IMG/VR virus record: IMGVR_UViG_3300025117_000061
Location: 12,111-76,110 of that record
Length of the DNA stretch: 64,000 nucleotides
DNA from: a virus
Direction: 5' to 3' (one strand)
A program made the translations under genes and the position numbers. Position 1 is the first letter of the stretch, and each line of letters starts with the position of its first letter. Positions 9,592 to 18,489 of the stretch are shown here, piece after piece. The notes beneath the pieces were generated by a model, which saw nothing but the letters and a program-made list of their open reading frames with translations, ran no database searches and was not told the origin of the DNA.

Positions 9592-11772
9592 ATGGGGCAA
9601 ATCGAGGAATGGGAATCGTTGTCTGGATTTTTCTCCATGATCCCCCTGGAGGGAAAGCGACCGATTGAAGATAACTGGAGCCAGTGGTGCCTCAAAAAAA
9701 GACCATTCGACCGCAAGGATTTTGAGGGACGTAACGCTGGCGTAGCATGTGGGCCGGCAAGTGGTGTCATTGTTCTTGACATAGACAACTCTGACCTGTT
9801 CAAAGAGCTGCGTGTTGAGCGAGGATGGGATGTTCCTGAAACATTAATCATTAAGACTGGTAAGGGTTTCCATCTTTATTTTGAATATGGTCAGAATGGA
9901 AAACGTTATGGTTGCACATCATTCAAAGATCCCAAGGGCCGCCTTGATGAAAAAGGCAAGCCAATCACCGTCTTCGATGTTAGAGGGATTGGTGGTCAAG
10001 TTGTCGCACAAGGATCAATTCATCCCGTTACGGGAAAACCATACTCCGTATTTAGGTCTACTACAATCAAACCTTGCCCAAAGTGGATACTTGATCTGGT
10101 TGTCGAAGAGGATGCTCCTAGATATGTCCATTCAATCCGTTTAGCTTCAGCGTGGACTGGAGATATTTCCGATCTCCCTATCTCGAAAGAAGTCAAGGAC
10201 AAGATCCTGAATGGTGGTGATAAAGGTGAACGTTCCGAATTTATTATGAGTGTTGTTAATGCTTTGGTTTTTGCCAATCTCACCGATGCACAAATCCAAG
10301 ATGTTTTCGAGAATTACGCAATAGGAAATAAGTATCGAGAAAAAGGACGTGGTAAAACCAAATGGCTTGGCAGACACATTCAGAAAGCCCGCTCATTTGT
10401 GACGGAAAGATATGACGATCAACAAAATGATTCTTGCTACAAAGATAGGCCTTATGTGAGTGAGAGAGTAAAAACAAATATTAACATTTTATCTAATACA
10501 GATAATTGCAATGGGGATGCCAATTGTGAGGTACCAAACCATGAAGCCAATACAGAGGTTGCAAACCAAGAGCCAGAGCCAATAGAAAATTTTGACGACA
10601 AAAGACGACGTGAGACGACACTTGACGACACCGTGACGACAGAAAGACGACAACTTGAAAATGATAACGGAATCAGCAAGTTACTAAAACAATCAGGGAT
10701 TCCCGACCAAGATGTTATCAATCTATTGGAAATCGTTGACAAAACATGCGAACGAGAGTTTGACGCTCCCTATCTGGAAAATCTCTGTCGTCAACTTGTC
10801 GTCACGTTGTCGTCGGATGTCGTCAGCCGTCGTCTTGTATCCTCGTGTCGTCAAGTGTCGTCAAAATTGGTTGATGACGTGAGAGGTTGGGTTTTCTCGG
10901 CTGATGGAGAATTTTCCATCAACGATATTTACCGCGATCTCTGCATTACCTCACGGGACGTAAAGAAAAATACTTCAAAATGCCTTGAGCGCATACAACA
11001 AGAAGGCTTGATCGAGAAGGTTGGTTCAAAGCGGGGATCTTTTAGGTTGGTGCAAGGCGAATGTGAAGAGATTGATTTCTGGAATGAGTCGGGCGGATCA
11101 ATGAGCCTCTTGTGGCCGTTCGGCATTGAGTCGTTGGCCAAGATTTACCCTGGAAATATCATCGTTATCGCAGGTGAGAGCAACGCCGGGAAGACGGGGT
11201 TCCTTCTCAACTTTGTTGCCAAAAACATGTGGAAGCACAAGATCCATTTTTTCTCTTCTGAAACCAAGAAGCAGGAGCTCCATGGTAGATTGAAAGACTT
11301 TGCCTCTGTCGGTGTAGATCTTCAAGAATGGAAACGAGCAAGGGACGCAGGGCAAGTCACGTTTTTTGAGAGGGACTGCAACTTTTCCGACGTGATCCGT
11401 CCCGGTATTGGTAACATCAACATAATAGACTTTCTTGAGGTTTATGAAGACTTCTACAAGGTTGGCAGGTACTTCTTTGAGATATACCGGAAGTTGGAAG
11501 GTGCCATAGCGATCATCGCAATTCAGAAAAATCAGGAGCAGAGCCACGGACTCGGAGGCGCGCGAAGCATAGAGAAGGCGCGGCTTTATCTGTCTATTGG
11601 TTACAGGTGGGCTCAACTCATGAAAGTGAAGGAGCCGGTTAGACCTTTCCCGTTGGGTGAGCATCCAGACAAGCATGCCATCAATTTTGATTATATTGGA
11701 GGGTGTGATTATTGCGTTACTAAGTCGTGGTTTAAGCCAAAGAATCAAGATGATATAAAGCCAAAAAAATAA
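9592..11772 (+). CDS. bifunctional primase-polymerase (AEP Prim-Pol) fused to RecA/DnaB-like helicase
   Basis: NAGVACG..SGVIVLDID, KTGKGFHLYF, DVRGIGGQVV; Walker A GESNAGKT; IIDFL Walker B. Confidence 0.9.
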   Translation: MGQIEEWESLSGFFSMIPLEGKRPIEDNWSQWCLKKRPFDRKDFEGRNAGVACGPASGVIVLDIDNSDLFKELRVERGWDVPETLIIKTGKGFHLYFEYGQNGKRYGCTSFKDPKGRLDEKGKPITVFDVRGIGGQVVAQGSIHPVTGKPYSVFRSTTIKPCPKWILDLVVEEDAPRYVHSIRLASAWTGDISDLPISKEVKDKILNGGDKGERSEFIMSVVNALVFANLTDAQIQDVFENYAIGNKYREKGRGKTKWLGRHIQKARSFVTERYDDQQNDSCYKDRPYVSERVKTNINILSNTDNCNGDANCEVPNHEANTEVANQEPEPIENFDDKRRRETTLDDTVTTERRQLENDNGISKLLKQSGIPDQDVINLLEIVDKTCEREFDAPYLENLCRQLVVTLSSDVVSRRLVSSCRQVSSKLVDDVRGWVFSADGEFSINDIYRDLCITSRDVKKNTSKCLERIQQEGLIEKVGSKRGSFRLVQGECEEIDFWNESGGSMSLLWPFGIESLAKIYPGNIIVIAGESNAGKTGFLLNFVAKNMWKHKIHFFSSETKKQELHGRLKDFASVGVDLQEWKRARDAGQVTFFERDCNFSDVIRPGIGNINIIDFLEVYEDFYKVGRYFFEIYRKLEGAIAIIAIQKNQEQSHGLGGARSIEKARLYLSIGYRWAQLMKVKEPVRPFPLGEHPDKHAINFDYIGGCDYCVTKSWFKPKNQDDIKPKK
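10594..10862. repeat. putative replication origin: GACGAC iterons in two inverted blocks
   Basis: 6 GACGAC at 10594,10604,10614,10624,10635,10646; 7 GTCGTC at 10787,10798,10809,10819,10829,10847,10857; mostly 10-11 bp phasing. Confidence 0.8.
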
Positions 11773-11786
11773 GGAGGGAAACCCAA

Positions 11787-11972
11787 ATGGAAACCGAAAG
11801 AGAAAACACGAAGTTTTACCGAGTCCAGGATGACCAAGGCAACGACATAGGCAAGGTGTGCATCGAGCCAACCGGGGATGGGTTTATAGTCATGGAGGCT
11901 TTCCCTGGCATAGTCCTCCGCTTGGTCCCAAAGCTAACCGGTGGCAAGTGGTCAACAACAAAGGAGGGGTGA
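11787..11972 (+). CDS. hypothetical protein
   Basis: AAGGAGGG SD. Confidence 0.6.
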   Translation: METERENTKFYRVQDDQGNDIGKVCIEPTGDGFIVMEAFPGIVLRLVPKLTGGKWSTTKEG

Positions 11973-11973
11973 G

Positions 11974-12222
11974 ATGCAAACGAAAGAAGACACAGACAGA
12001 CTCATAAACCACTTTTTGCCGGTGGCAGAGGGTCCAAGCGCTTTACAAATAGCCAGAGAGTATTTCCCCGAAGCCACGGAAGAGGAAATAGAGTACGTCA
12101 TTTGGGAGCAGACCGGCTTCCCGTCTTTCTGGCAGATCCCCAAGGATGGAGCTACGCCGGAAGAGTGTTTCAGAAAGCAACTGGCTGAGTTCGCGGCTTC
12201 GGTTAAGGAAGGACAATCATGA
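11974..12222 (+). CDS. hypothetical protein
   Basis: AAGGAGGGG SD; IWEQTGFPSFW motif. Confidence 0.65.
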   Translation: MQTKEDTDRLINHFLPVAEGPSALQIAREYFPEATEEEIEYVIWEQTGFPSFWQIPKDGATPEECFRKQLAEFAASVKEGQS

Positions 12223-12228
12223 GCGACA

Positions 12229-12486
12229 GTGTACCAATTTGACGGCCTGACCATTGACGAGGCAAAACGCGCCGTGAATTATGGCGTCAACGCCGTGAGG
12301 AATTCCAAGGGGGCATTTGAGTGCTATTGTGATTTTGATCCAAAAGATGGTCCTGATCGTTGTGAAATTGACAAGGGAACCCCTGAATTTTGCGTATATG
12401 CTGGGAACTTAGTCAAGAAAGGTTCCGATCAGTGGTCTTGTGTTTACTGGAGGGCCATTCCCGATGGAGAGAAGGAGGATGTGTGA
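12229..12486 (+). CDS. Cys-rich hypothetical protein
   Basis: 85 aa; start uncertain. Confidence 0.5.
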   Translation: MYQFDGLTIDEAKRAVNYGVNAVRNSKGAFECYCDFDPKDGPDRCEIDKGTPEFCVYAGNLVKKGSDQWSCVYWRAIPDGEKEDV

Positions 12487-12989
12487 TGCCAAATTTATTA
12501 TGTGCTCTGCGTAGAATTGACCAACCAACCACGATCCAGGAGATGGTGGAAGTCAAGAAGTACGAGATGGCCTTCATTGCGGGTCATTGTGGGAAAGATC
12601 CATCTACACGAACAACGGCTGGCGGGAAGTCGATCACGTCTGTATCGGTTGCAGTTAGTTGGGGCAAGCGTGGTGAGCCCGACCAGAAGACGGAGTGGGT
12701 GGAAATTTTGGCGTGGGAGAACCAAAGTGAGATCCTGAGTCAATTCAAGAAAGGCGATGCAATTATGGCTGCGGGGAAGCTTTCTCTTAACCGTTGGACC
12801 GGGAATGACGGTGTTGAGCGGGTTGCCGGCCAGATCACGGCATGGGAGATTGCAAAACCAAAGCGTGTTCAACGAGATCAGCCTCCCCAACAACAAATCC
12901 AGTCGTCCGGCGCAACCACTTCCGGGCCAGGTAGCCAAGTCGGGATGCCTCCTGCGGGCGGTGGGGATAGTGAGGGAATCCCGTTTTGA
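12486..12989 (+). CDS. ssb: single-stranded DNA-binding protein
   Basis: GHCGKDP..RTT..G, KTEWVEILAW, KKGD..MAAGKL..W, Gly/Pro linker, C-terminal EGIPF. Confidence 0.9.
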   Translation: MPNLLCALRRIDQPTTIQEMVEVKKYEMAFIAGHCGKDPSTRTTAGGKSITSVSVAVSWGKRGEPDQKTEWVEILAWENQSEILSQFKKGDAIMAAGKLSLNRWTGNDGVERVAGQITAWEIAKPKRVQRDQPPQQQIQSSGATTSGPGSQVGMPPAGGGDSEGIPF

Positions 12990-13013
12990 TTGGCAAAAGA
13001 AAGGAGAGGAATC

Positions 13014-13337
13014 ATGACCAAGAAACAATGGATTGACCGAGTGGCAGCCTTTATGGATTGCCCGAAGGTCCGCGCTAAGTGGCTGTGGAATTTCCTGTCT
13101 ACGGAGAATGCTTCGGCGCTTTCCTTTCCTCACGGTGACGGGGTGGTTCCCGTTCCAGGCATCGGCAAGATTCGGCGCAAGTATCGGCGGCCAACGACGA
13201 AGCGGAATCCCAACACGGGGGAGGCTATCGAGGTCCCTGCGCGCCTAGTGGCCGCGCTTCGGGAGAGTGCCGAGTTCAAGGCGTTTATGAATCCCGAGAG
13301 CGCGTCAATCGTCGGGTTGGCTAAGAGGGGGGAGTGA
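13014..13337 (+). CDS. HU/IHF family DNA-bending protein
   Basis: VPGIGKI...RNPNTGEAIEVPAR arm motif. Confidence 0.85.
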   Translation: MTKKQWIDRVAAFMDCPKVRAKWLWNFLSTENASALSFPHGDGVVPVPGIGKIRRKYRRPTTKRNPNTGEAIEVPARLVAALRESAEFKAFMNPESASIVGLAKRGE

Positions 13338-13603
13338 TGGGAAAATCAACAGTAGGAAACGCAGAACAAGCCCTAGCCTATATAACCGATTGCACCTTGG
13401 CAACCGTGGAACACATGGCATCACTGGAAAGCAAGCGGAAGGGTCATGAATACAGGCGCCAGATTGCCATAGCACAATGCGCTATTGGTTGGATTCAGAA
13501 GTTCGGTGTGGACTACTCAGAGACTAGGGCGAAGGAAGTCGTGGAGCGATTTAACGGGGATGTTGCGAAGTGGGCAGAGAGCTACATGGGGGATCGGTTG
13601 TGA
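13337..13603 (+). CDS. hypothetical phage protein
   Basis: ALAYITDCTLATVEHMA; coupled start. Confidence 0.65.
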   Translation: MGKSTVGNAEQALAYITDCTLATVEHMASLESKRKGHEYRRQIAIAQCAIGWIQKFGVDYSETRAKEVVERFNGDVAKWAESYMGDRL

Positions 13604-13833
13604 TAAATATCAGCGTTGAGATATGGCCTCATGGCGACGAATCCAAAAAAGAGGAAATCGCCAAGGGCATGATTGCAAACGACGGGACCGGGACGCCAGA
13701 GGTTGGGAATTACGTCTACTCGATCCACTCCACAAAGAGACACATCAAGGGGAGGGTACAAGGGCATAACCGGGAGTTGGACGTGCTGGAGTTGTTGCGG
13801 TTGGTTCTAAATCAACACAAGGGAGGGGAGTGA
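13600..13833 (+). CDS. hypothetical phage protein
   Basis: VEIWPHGDE...IANDGTGT..GNY; GTGA overlap. Confidence 0.65.
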   Translation: MINISVEIWPHGDESKKEEIAKGMIANDGTGTPEVGNYVYSIHSTKRHIKGRVQGHNRELDVLELLRLVLNQHKGGE

Positions 13834-14288
13834 TGGTCATTGGTATAGATCCAGGCAAGACCGGGGCGATATGTGCCGACAAGCCCAAGAAGAAAGCCAA
13901 GAAGACTTCTCCAACGCAGCGAAGTCTTTCCGCTCTCAGGAAAGAGGGGGCCATAGCTCACATTGTTGAAAAATGGCAAGCAATACCTGGGCATCCTGCT
14001 GGTGGAGTAAGGATCGACGCTTGGGGTTTTGGGGATTTGCTTGTTGCCTTCCCGGGTGAGCCCGGCGCCGTCTTGGTGCAGACTACGAGCGGCCCCAATT
14101 TGGCGGCACGAAGGACAAAGGTTCTCGGCATACCAGAGGCCAAGGTGTGGTTGGAGTGTGGGAATCGGATCTTACTGGAAGGATGGAGAAAAACGAAGCC
14201 TCGTGGTCAGAAGGTAGCGAGGTGGTCCGCGAAGAGAGAATTTGTGACGCTGGAGGATTTTGACGGTAGCGGCAAGACTCAGACATAG
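13833..14288 (+). CDS. PD-(D/E)XK resolvase-like nuclease with RuvC-like N-terminal stub
   Basis: SPTQRSL..LR..G..VEKW...DAWGFGDLL...LVQTT; starts MVIGIDPGKTGAI. Confidence 0.65.
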   Translation: MVIGIDPGKTGAICADKPKKKAKKTSPTQRSLSALRKEGAIAHIVEKWQAIPGHPAGGVRIDAWGFGDLLVAFPGEPGAVLVQTTSGPNLAARRTKVLGIPEAKVWLECGNRILLEGWRKTKPRGQKVARWSAKREFVTLEDFDGSGKTQT

Positions 14289-14396
14289 CCGTTTTTAGTG
14301 GTACGTGGTAGCCTAGAATCAAAGATCAGCTTTCGACCGTCCCGAAGTAGGGTGGAGAGTCTGGCAATCAACCACGCTCAAAATAGGAGGAACAGA

Positions 14397-14609
14397 ATGG
14401 ACATCGAGAAACTCAAGGATGAGCTTCGCAGGAGCATTGCGATTGATGAGCAGTGGCTGAAGCAGGAATACGAGGACACAGCTCGACTGACGCCGAGTAT
14501 TGCTCGCCACGAGGGGAGAGTGGAGGCGATGAAGTGGGTATTGGAGAGATTGCAAGGCACAAAGGCGACGCCGGCCACGCAGTCCGATGTTCCGTGCGAG
14601 ACCGAGTAG
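14397..14609 (+). CDS. hypothetical protein
   Basis: AGGAGG SD. Confidence 0.6.
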   Translation: MDIEKLKDELRRSIAIDEQWLKQEYEDTARLTPSIARHEGRVEAMKWVLERLQGTKATPATQSDVPCETE

Positions 14610-14654
14610 GCTAGCGCGGGTTATCGCCACGTTAGACGGTGGGGAGGTGATTTG

Positions 14655-14924
14655 ATGGCACAAGTCGTTATGGAAATGACAGCCCTCGCGGTTTATGGCT
14701 CCGAGTCGTGCTCGGGATGCGACAAGGCTTTCGAGCGCGGCGAATTGATGAGCGCCGTAGAGGCGCAGGATGGGGCAAAGCTGGGATGGTTTTGCCGGCA
14801 GTGTTTGGCTGACTGGTCTAACCATCAAAATGCAGCGAACCCGCCAGTCGGTGAAGCCGCGGGAATCGGCGATGTCATCGGGACATGTCGAAGGCGGGAT
14901 TGCCGGAATATCGAGGCAGGATGA
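14655..14924 (+). CDS. zinc-finger hypothetical protein
   Basis: CSGC...CRQC; GGAGG SD. Confidence 0.6.
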   Translation: MAQVVMEMTALAVYGSESCSGCDKAFERGELMSAVEAQDGAKLGWFCRQCLADWSNHQNAANPPVGEAAGIGDVIGTCRRRDCRNIEAG

Positions 14925-14973
14925 GGCGGAGACGATTACCTCATGTAAGATGGAAAATTAAGGGGAGTAGGAT

Positions 14974-15201
14974 ATGAAAATGATTCGGCTGGATCAAGAC
15001 ACGATAATAGATCCATCGGGAATCAAAGCGATCCGTGCCGTTAAAAGGCAAGATCTTGGTGATATGTTTTTCGGTCCTCGCGTCGTTATCGATTATGAGG
15101 TAGGAGGAAAGAAAAATTATATCGTTTTAGACTTCGACACAATAGAGGAAGCCAGGAATCGGGTAGGGGAGATATGGGAAGAGATGAAGATGATGTCTTG
15201 A
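14974..15201 (+). CDS. hypothetical protein
   Basis: GGGGAG SD. Confidence 0.6.
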   Translation: MKMIRLDQDTIIDPSGIKAIRAVKRQDLGDMFFGPRVVIDYEVGGKKNYIVLDFDTIEEARNRVGEIWEEMKMMS

Positions 15202-15220
15202 TATGAGAAGGGAACAAGCC

Positions 15221-15583
15221 ATGAGCGAAGACCAGAAGGAATTCAACGCGCCATCGGACGTGGAGCTGGGTCAAATCCGATACAAGTCAACAGCGCAGGT
15301 CCTTGACCCATCATTCGGGGAGACCTTCGCAACGTGTCCAAGATGTGGCAAGTGGAAACGGGTTGACGATTCAGGGCATTGCAAGGACTGTCGTACCATC
15401 GTTGTGAAAGATCCAGTCCGAGAGGCAGCCATAGACAAGCGCATTCATCAAGTCCAGCAGATCGACGAGATCGTGCGGGACATGACGGATAGTATGGACC
15501 TGCAAGAGTTGATCGTCCACGGACGGTGGATTTTGAGTAGGAAGATCGGGAATCCTTTGGCGGGAATCATGGGAGGGAAGTGA
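15221..15583 (+). CDS. zinc-finger hypothetical protein
   Basis: CPRC...CKDC. Confidence 0.6.
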   Translation: MSEDQKEFNAPSDVELGQIRYKSTAQVLDPSFGETFATCPRCGKWKRVDDSGHCKDCRTIVVKDPVREAAIDKRIHQVQQIDEIVRDMTDSMDLQELIVHGRWILSRKIGNPLAGIMGGK

Positions 15584-15720
15584 TGGTAAAATTTGTGGCT
15601 TCGTGGATAGTGGCGATGGTCCTACATGTTGCGTGGACCTACACGACAGATCCGCCAGCATGGGTACAACTTCCTGGATTCGTGGTCATGATGGCTTCAG
15701 TTCGAGCAATGCTTTGGTGA
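15583..15720 (+). CDS. small two-TM membrane protein (not in ORF track)
   Basis: GGAGGG SD, TGATG coupling; 45 aa hydrophobic. Confidence 0.45.
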   Translation: MVKFVASWIVAMVLHVAWTYTTDPPAWVQLPGFVVMMASVRAMLW

Positions 15721-15798
15721 ATACCTGCCACGCCTATTGAAGAAGCGCACCCCGGCAGGTGAATGGCCCCCTTGAGACTGGCTCTTGGGGGCTTTGCT

Positions 15799-16179
15799 TT
15801 ATTCCTCTGATTCTTCGCAGTCCACACCAAAGAGCGCCTTGGCATAGTCCATCTGCCCACTTACACGTGCCGAGATAGTCTCTCGTCCTGAGTAGATTGC
15901 GGCGGCAAACCGGTGATTTCCATCGGTCAGAAGCCATTGCCGGTGATACCCAACCACGGGGATTCCTACGTCAATCTCTATGGGATCTTCGGAAGGATTC
16001 TCAACGAGATAGGCAACTCTTCCGTCGTGGTCTTCTGTTGCGTGTTCAGCCACAAGTCTTCCATCCCTGAGAGCTTTCCTTACCGATCTCCGGTTGAATC
16101 CCTTTGCTCCCCATGGGTTGGTATGACAAAATGGATTGCAATAGCGCATCAGCCGCTTGACTGGAATTTGTACTGGCAT
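15799..16179 (-). CDS. stand-alone ParB/Srx N-terminal domain protein
   Basis: PIEID...LLTDGNHRFAAAIYSGRETISARV. Confidence 0.75.
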   Translation of the reverse strand: MPVQIPVKRLMRYCNPFCHTNPWGAKGFNRRSVRKALRDGRLVAEHATEDHDGRVAYLVENPSEDPIEIDVGIPVVGYHRQWLLTDGNHRFAAAIYSGRETISARVSGQMDYAKALFGVDCEESEE

Positions 16180-16238
16180 TCATCCTCTCCTTTCAAAATC
16201 GCCTCCCGGCATGGGTCGGGATGGCTGAAAGCCCGCAG

Positions 16239-16760
16239 TCACGAACTCTCCTTCTTTTTCTTTGCTTCCCTATGGATTTTATTATGTTCGCCAGGAGATA
16301 CAATCTTTAGATTTTCCAATGAATTATCCAGCTTGTTTCCATTGATGTGATGTATATATTCGAACGTGTCTAGTCTCCTACCCAAAGATATCTCGACCAC
16401 ATGCCGATGTTCGGGTCTCATTCTTTCTAGGTCGGTACTCCACAACTCAACGTATCCACGTTCGTTGATTTCCTTATACGGGTATTCTTTGTATCCGGAA
16501 GGTTCAAGCCTGCCAATCCTAGCCAGTGTTTTTGCTGAAGATACACGGAAGGATTCAATATCTGGGAGCATGTTTTTGATCATATAAAAATGCGGGTTGA
16601 ATATTTCAGGCGTATTAGATCTGCATGGGCGATCATTGATTCCGATGTCAAGTTCTTCGTCTAAGTCTTTAATTATTTTTACTATTTGAGATAGTGCATT
16701 GTCTATTTTTTTGATAGATGGGGCAAGTTTGGAATGTTTGCGACGGAGCTTTTTCATCAA
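16239..16760 (-). CDS. HNH endonuclease
   Basis: EHRHVVE..LGRRL...IHHINGNKLDNSLENL...EH..IH. Confidence 0.88.
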   Translation of the reverse strand: MMKKLRRKHSKLAPSIKKIDNALSQIVKIIKDLDEELDIGINDRPCRSNTPEIFNPHFYMIKNMLPDIESFRVSSAKTLARIGRLEPSGYKEYPYKEINERGYVELWSTDLERMRPEHRHVVEISLGRRLDTFEYIHHINGNKLDNSLENLKIVSPGEHNKIHREAKKKKESS

Positions 16761-16770
16761 GCATCTCCTT

Positions 16771-16851
16771 CCGACAAAGGATTGTTGGATAGTCCGGCTG
16801 TTAAATCATGTCGGTGATTTAACGCGCGGGTGGCGACCCCGCTGGCCGGAC
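16771..16851 (-). ncRNA. structured leader / c4-antisense-like three-way junction upstream of HNH gene
   Basis: P1 16792-16798/16845-16851, P2 16826-16830/16838-16842, P3 16800-16808/16815-16823; loop complementary to 16771-16776 beside the SD. Confidence 0.5.
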
Positions 16852-16931
16852 CAAATAGACACAACCATTTTACACTAACACAGGATTACTGCAAGAAAAA
16901 TCACGTCAATAGGCTCCCTCCTTCTAGTGGT

Positions 16932-17177
16932 TCACTTCACCGTTGTCTTAATCCACCCCTTAGCGCCCATGCATTGATCCCGGAGTTGAACCCGCTGGAT
17001 GATATCAGCGAATGCTCCCCCGTACACGGCCACGGGGAGCATGGCGGCATCGCGTTGACAGGAATATGCATCTTGCTGGAATTCCTGCATCGTGGCTCCG
17101 GGCTTAACCCATTGGGTTGAGGCGCAGCCGGACAAAAGCAATGTGGCGGCGGTCAGTATTGCTATTTTGGGGTTCAT
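16932..17177 (-). CDS. small lipoprotein
   Basis: MNPKIAILTAATLLLSG-C lipobox; W.KPG...C...C.AKGW; AAGGAGG SD. Confidence 0.75.
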   Translation of the reverse strand: MNPKIAILTAATLLLSGCASTQWVKPGATMQEFQQDAYSCQRDAAMLPVAVYGGAFADIIQRVQLRDQCMGAKGWIKTTVK

Positions 17178-17202
17178 GGTCTTGGTATCCTCCTTCGTTG
17201 GG

Positions 17203-17622
17203 TTAGTCGTCCTCTTCCTCTTCCTCTTCAGGGTCAGTATCAATTGCAATGTGACCGAAGTGGATCACTCCACCCTTCTCGTAGCACTCAAATGGATCGG
17301 GGAAGTTGACGAGCCTTCCTCCATCGAAATCAACGTTCTTTATCCCGACGTCACTTACGAGCATAATTCCGATCATTCCGGCGTCAACACCGTAGCTATT
17401 TCCCTCTTGGTCGAAGTATTCTCCATCGCCGTAGGATGTCCCGAAGGCTACAACATGGACCATCTTGCGGCCCTTCTTGTAGTGGCCCAGGTTTCCGTCA
17501 AGGAGACCGTTGTCCAATACTTCGCTCCAAAATTCATCAGGAACCTGGTAGCATGGATCGGAGATTATGTATCTACCTGGTGCAAGCGTAAAGCGTTCGT
17601 TCTCGTTGTTGATTATTCGCAT
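17203..17622 (-). CDS. hypothetical acidic phage protein
   Basis: YIISDPCY...TSYGDGEY...YGVDAGMIG motif. Confidence 0.7.
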   Translation of the reverse strand: MRIINNENERFTLAPGRYIISDPCYQVPDEFWSEVLDNGLLDGNLGHYKKGRKMVHVVAFGTSYGDGEYFDQEGNSYGVDAGMIGIMLVSDVGIKNVDFDGGRLVNFPDPFECYEKGGVIHFGHIAIDTDPEEEEEEDD

Positions 17623-17642
17623 CTTTCCCCATTCCTTTCCAA

Positions 17643-17858
17643 TCAAACTGGCACTGTCTCAAGCTTCAGTTCGCGCCAGGTGACCCGCAGCGCCTCACTC
17701 TGAGTCATCCCCTGGACCATGTGGTACGCCGTGTAGCATTGGAGGTCGTGGCTTTCGTTGATCTCGGCGATTCGTCTCATGGCACCTGGGCCGACGAGAC
17801 GAACTTGAAGCGACGCGAGGTCCTGGACTATGGAGATTCGGTTAGGGTTGATTGGCAT
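17643..17858 (-). CDS. hypothetical protein
   Basis: AGGGAG SD. Confidence 0.55.
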   Translation of the reverse strand: MPINPNRISIVQDLASLQVRLVGPGAMRRIAEINESHDLQCYTAYHMVQGMTQSEALRVTWRELKLETVPV

Positions 17859-18081
17859 ATTGTGCTCCCTTTGCCAAGACTCTCCACGCGTGTGTTTCGA
17901 TGTCAGGATTAAGCCAATCTTTATTTGACGGTAGATCGTCGATGATTGACTTGAGGACAAAGATAGCCTCTGCCAGGGATTCCTTGAGTTTGATCTCCCG
18001 CGCAGTTCTGGCCTCGGTGAATTGAGACCACTCCAGGTAAAGCTTGTCGAGTGTTTCAGTTTGTCGGTTAGAGGTCTTCAT
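17842..18081 (-). CDS. hypothetical phage protein
   Basis: LDKLYLEWSQFT.ART.RE...LP.NKDWLNPDIE. Confidence 0.65.
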   Translation of the reverse strand: MKTSNRQTETLDKLYLEWSQFTEARTAREIKLKESLAEAIFVLKSIIDDLPSNKDWLNPDIETHAWRVLAKGAQYANQP

Positions 18082-18313
18082 AATTCGCCCCTTTCACGCC
18101 CTCTATCGTTCGGTTTCGCGTAATGTCCAGGACGATAGCCAACTCTGCCCCGGACCATCCATCACGGAGGTCCTCCGGGGGCATGTCGGGATTGCCGTGG
18201 ACTTGGGCCATTTTCGCCAACGATTGGCAGCGTTCCCACGGTCTAACATCAGCCTGCCATAGTTGATTGGCGAGAGCTTGTTTCGGAGGTGTTTCGATCA
18301 CGAATTGTTGCAT
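18068..18313 (-). CDS. hypothetical protein
   Basis: GGAAGGGG SD. Confidence 0.55.
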   Translation of the reverse strand: MQQFVIETPPKQALANQLWQADVRPWERCQSLAKMAQVHGNPDMPPEDLRDGWSGAELAIVLDITRNRTIEGVKGANYEDL

Positions 18314-18489
18314 GATTTCCCCTTCCCTTTCTTGGTTATGGTCAAAGCAAGTTCCCGGTCAATGAGCATCCTGACCCATGAACCGAACGAGCGCCCGCCG
18401 TCAATTTTGGCCGCGATAGTTGCAGCCTCAGCCTGTGTGACGTCTAACAGGATGGTCTTTTGGACCTTCCCCGGTGGTAATTTTGGCAT
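18298..18489 (-). CDS. small basic DNA-binding protein, ribbon-helix-helix-like
   Basis: beta-strand TILLDV, then helix, then SFGSWVRMLIDREL. Confidence 0.5.
   Translation of the reverse strand: MPKLPPGKVQKTILLDVTQAEAATIAAKIDGGRSFGSWVRMLIDRELALTITKKGKGKSCNNS

Noticed and set aside
10594-10862. Short periodic repeats as a CRISPR array
   Set aside because: Units are 6-7 bp with 3-5 bp gaps, far below CRISPR repeat/spacer sizes; no cas genes.
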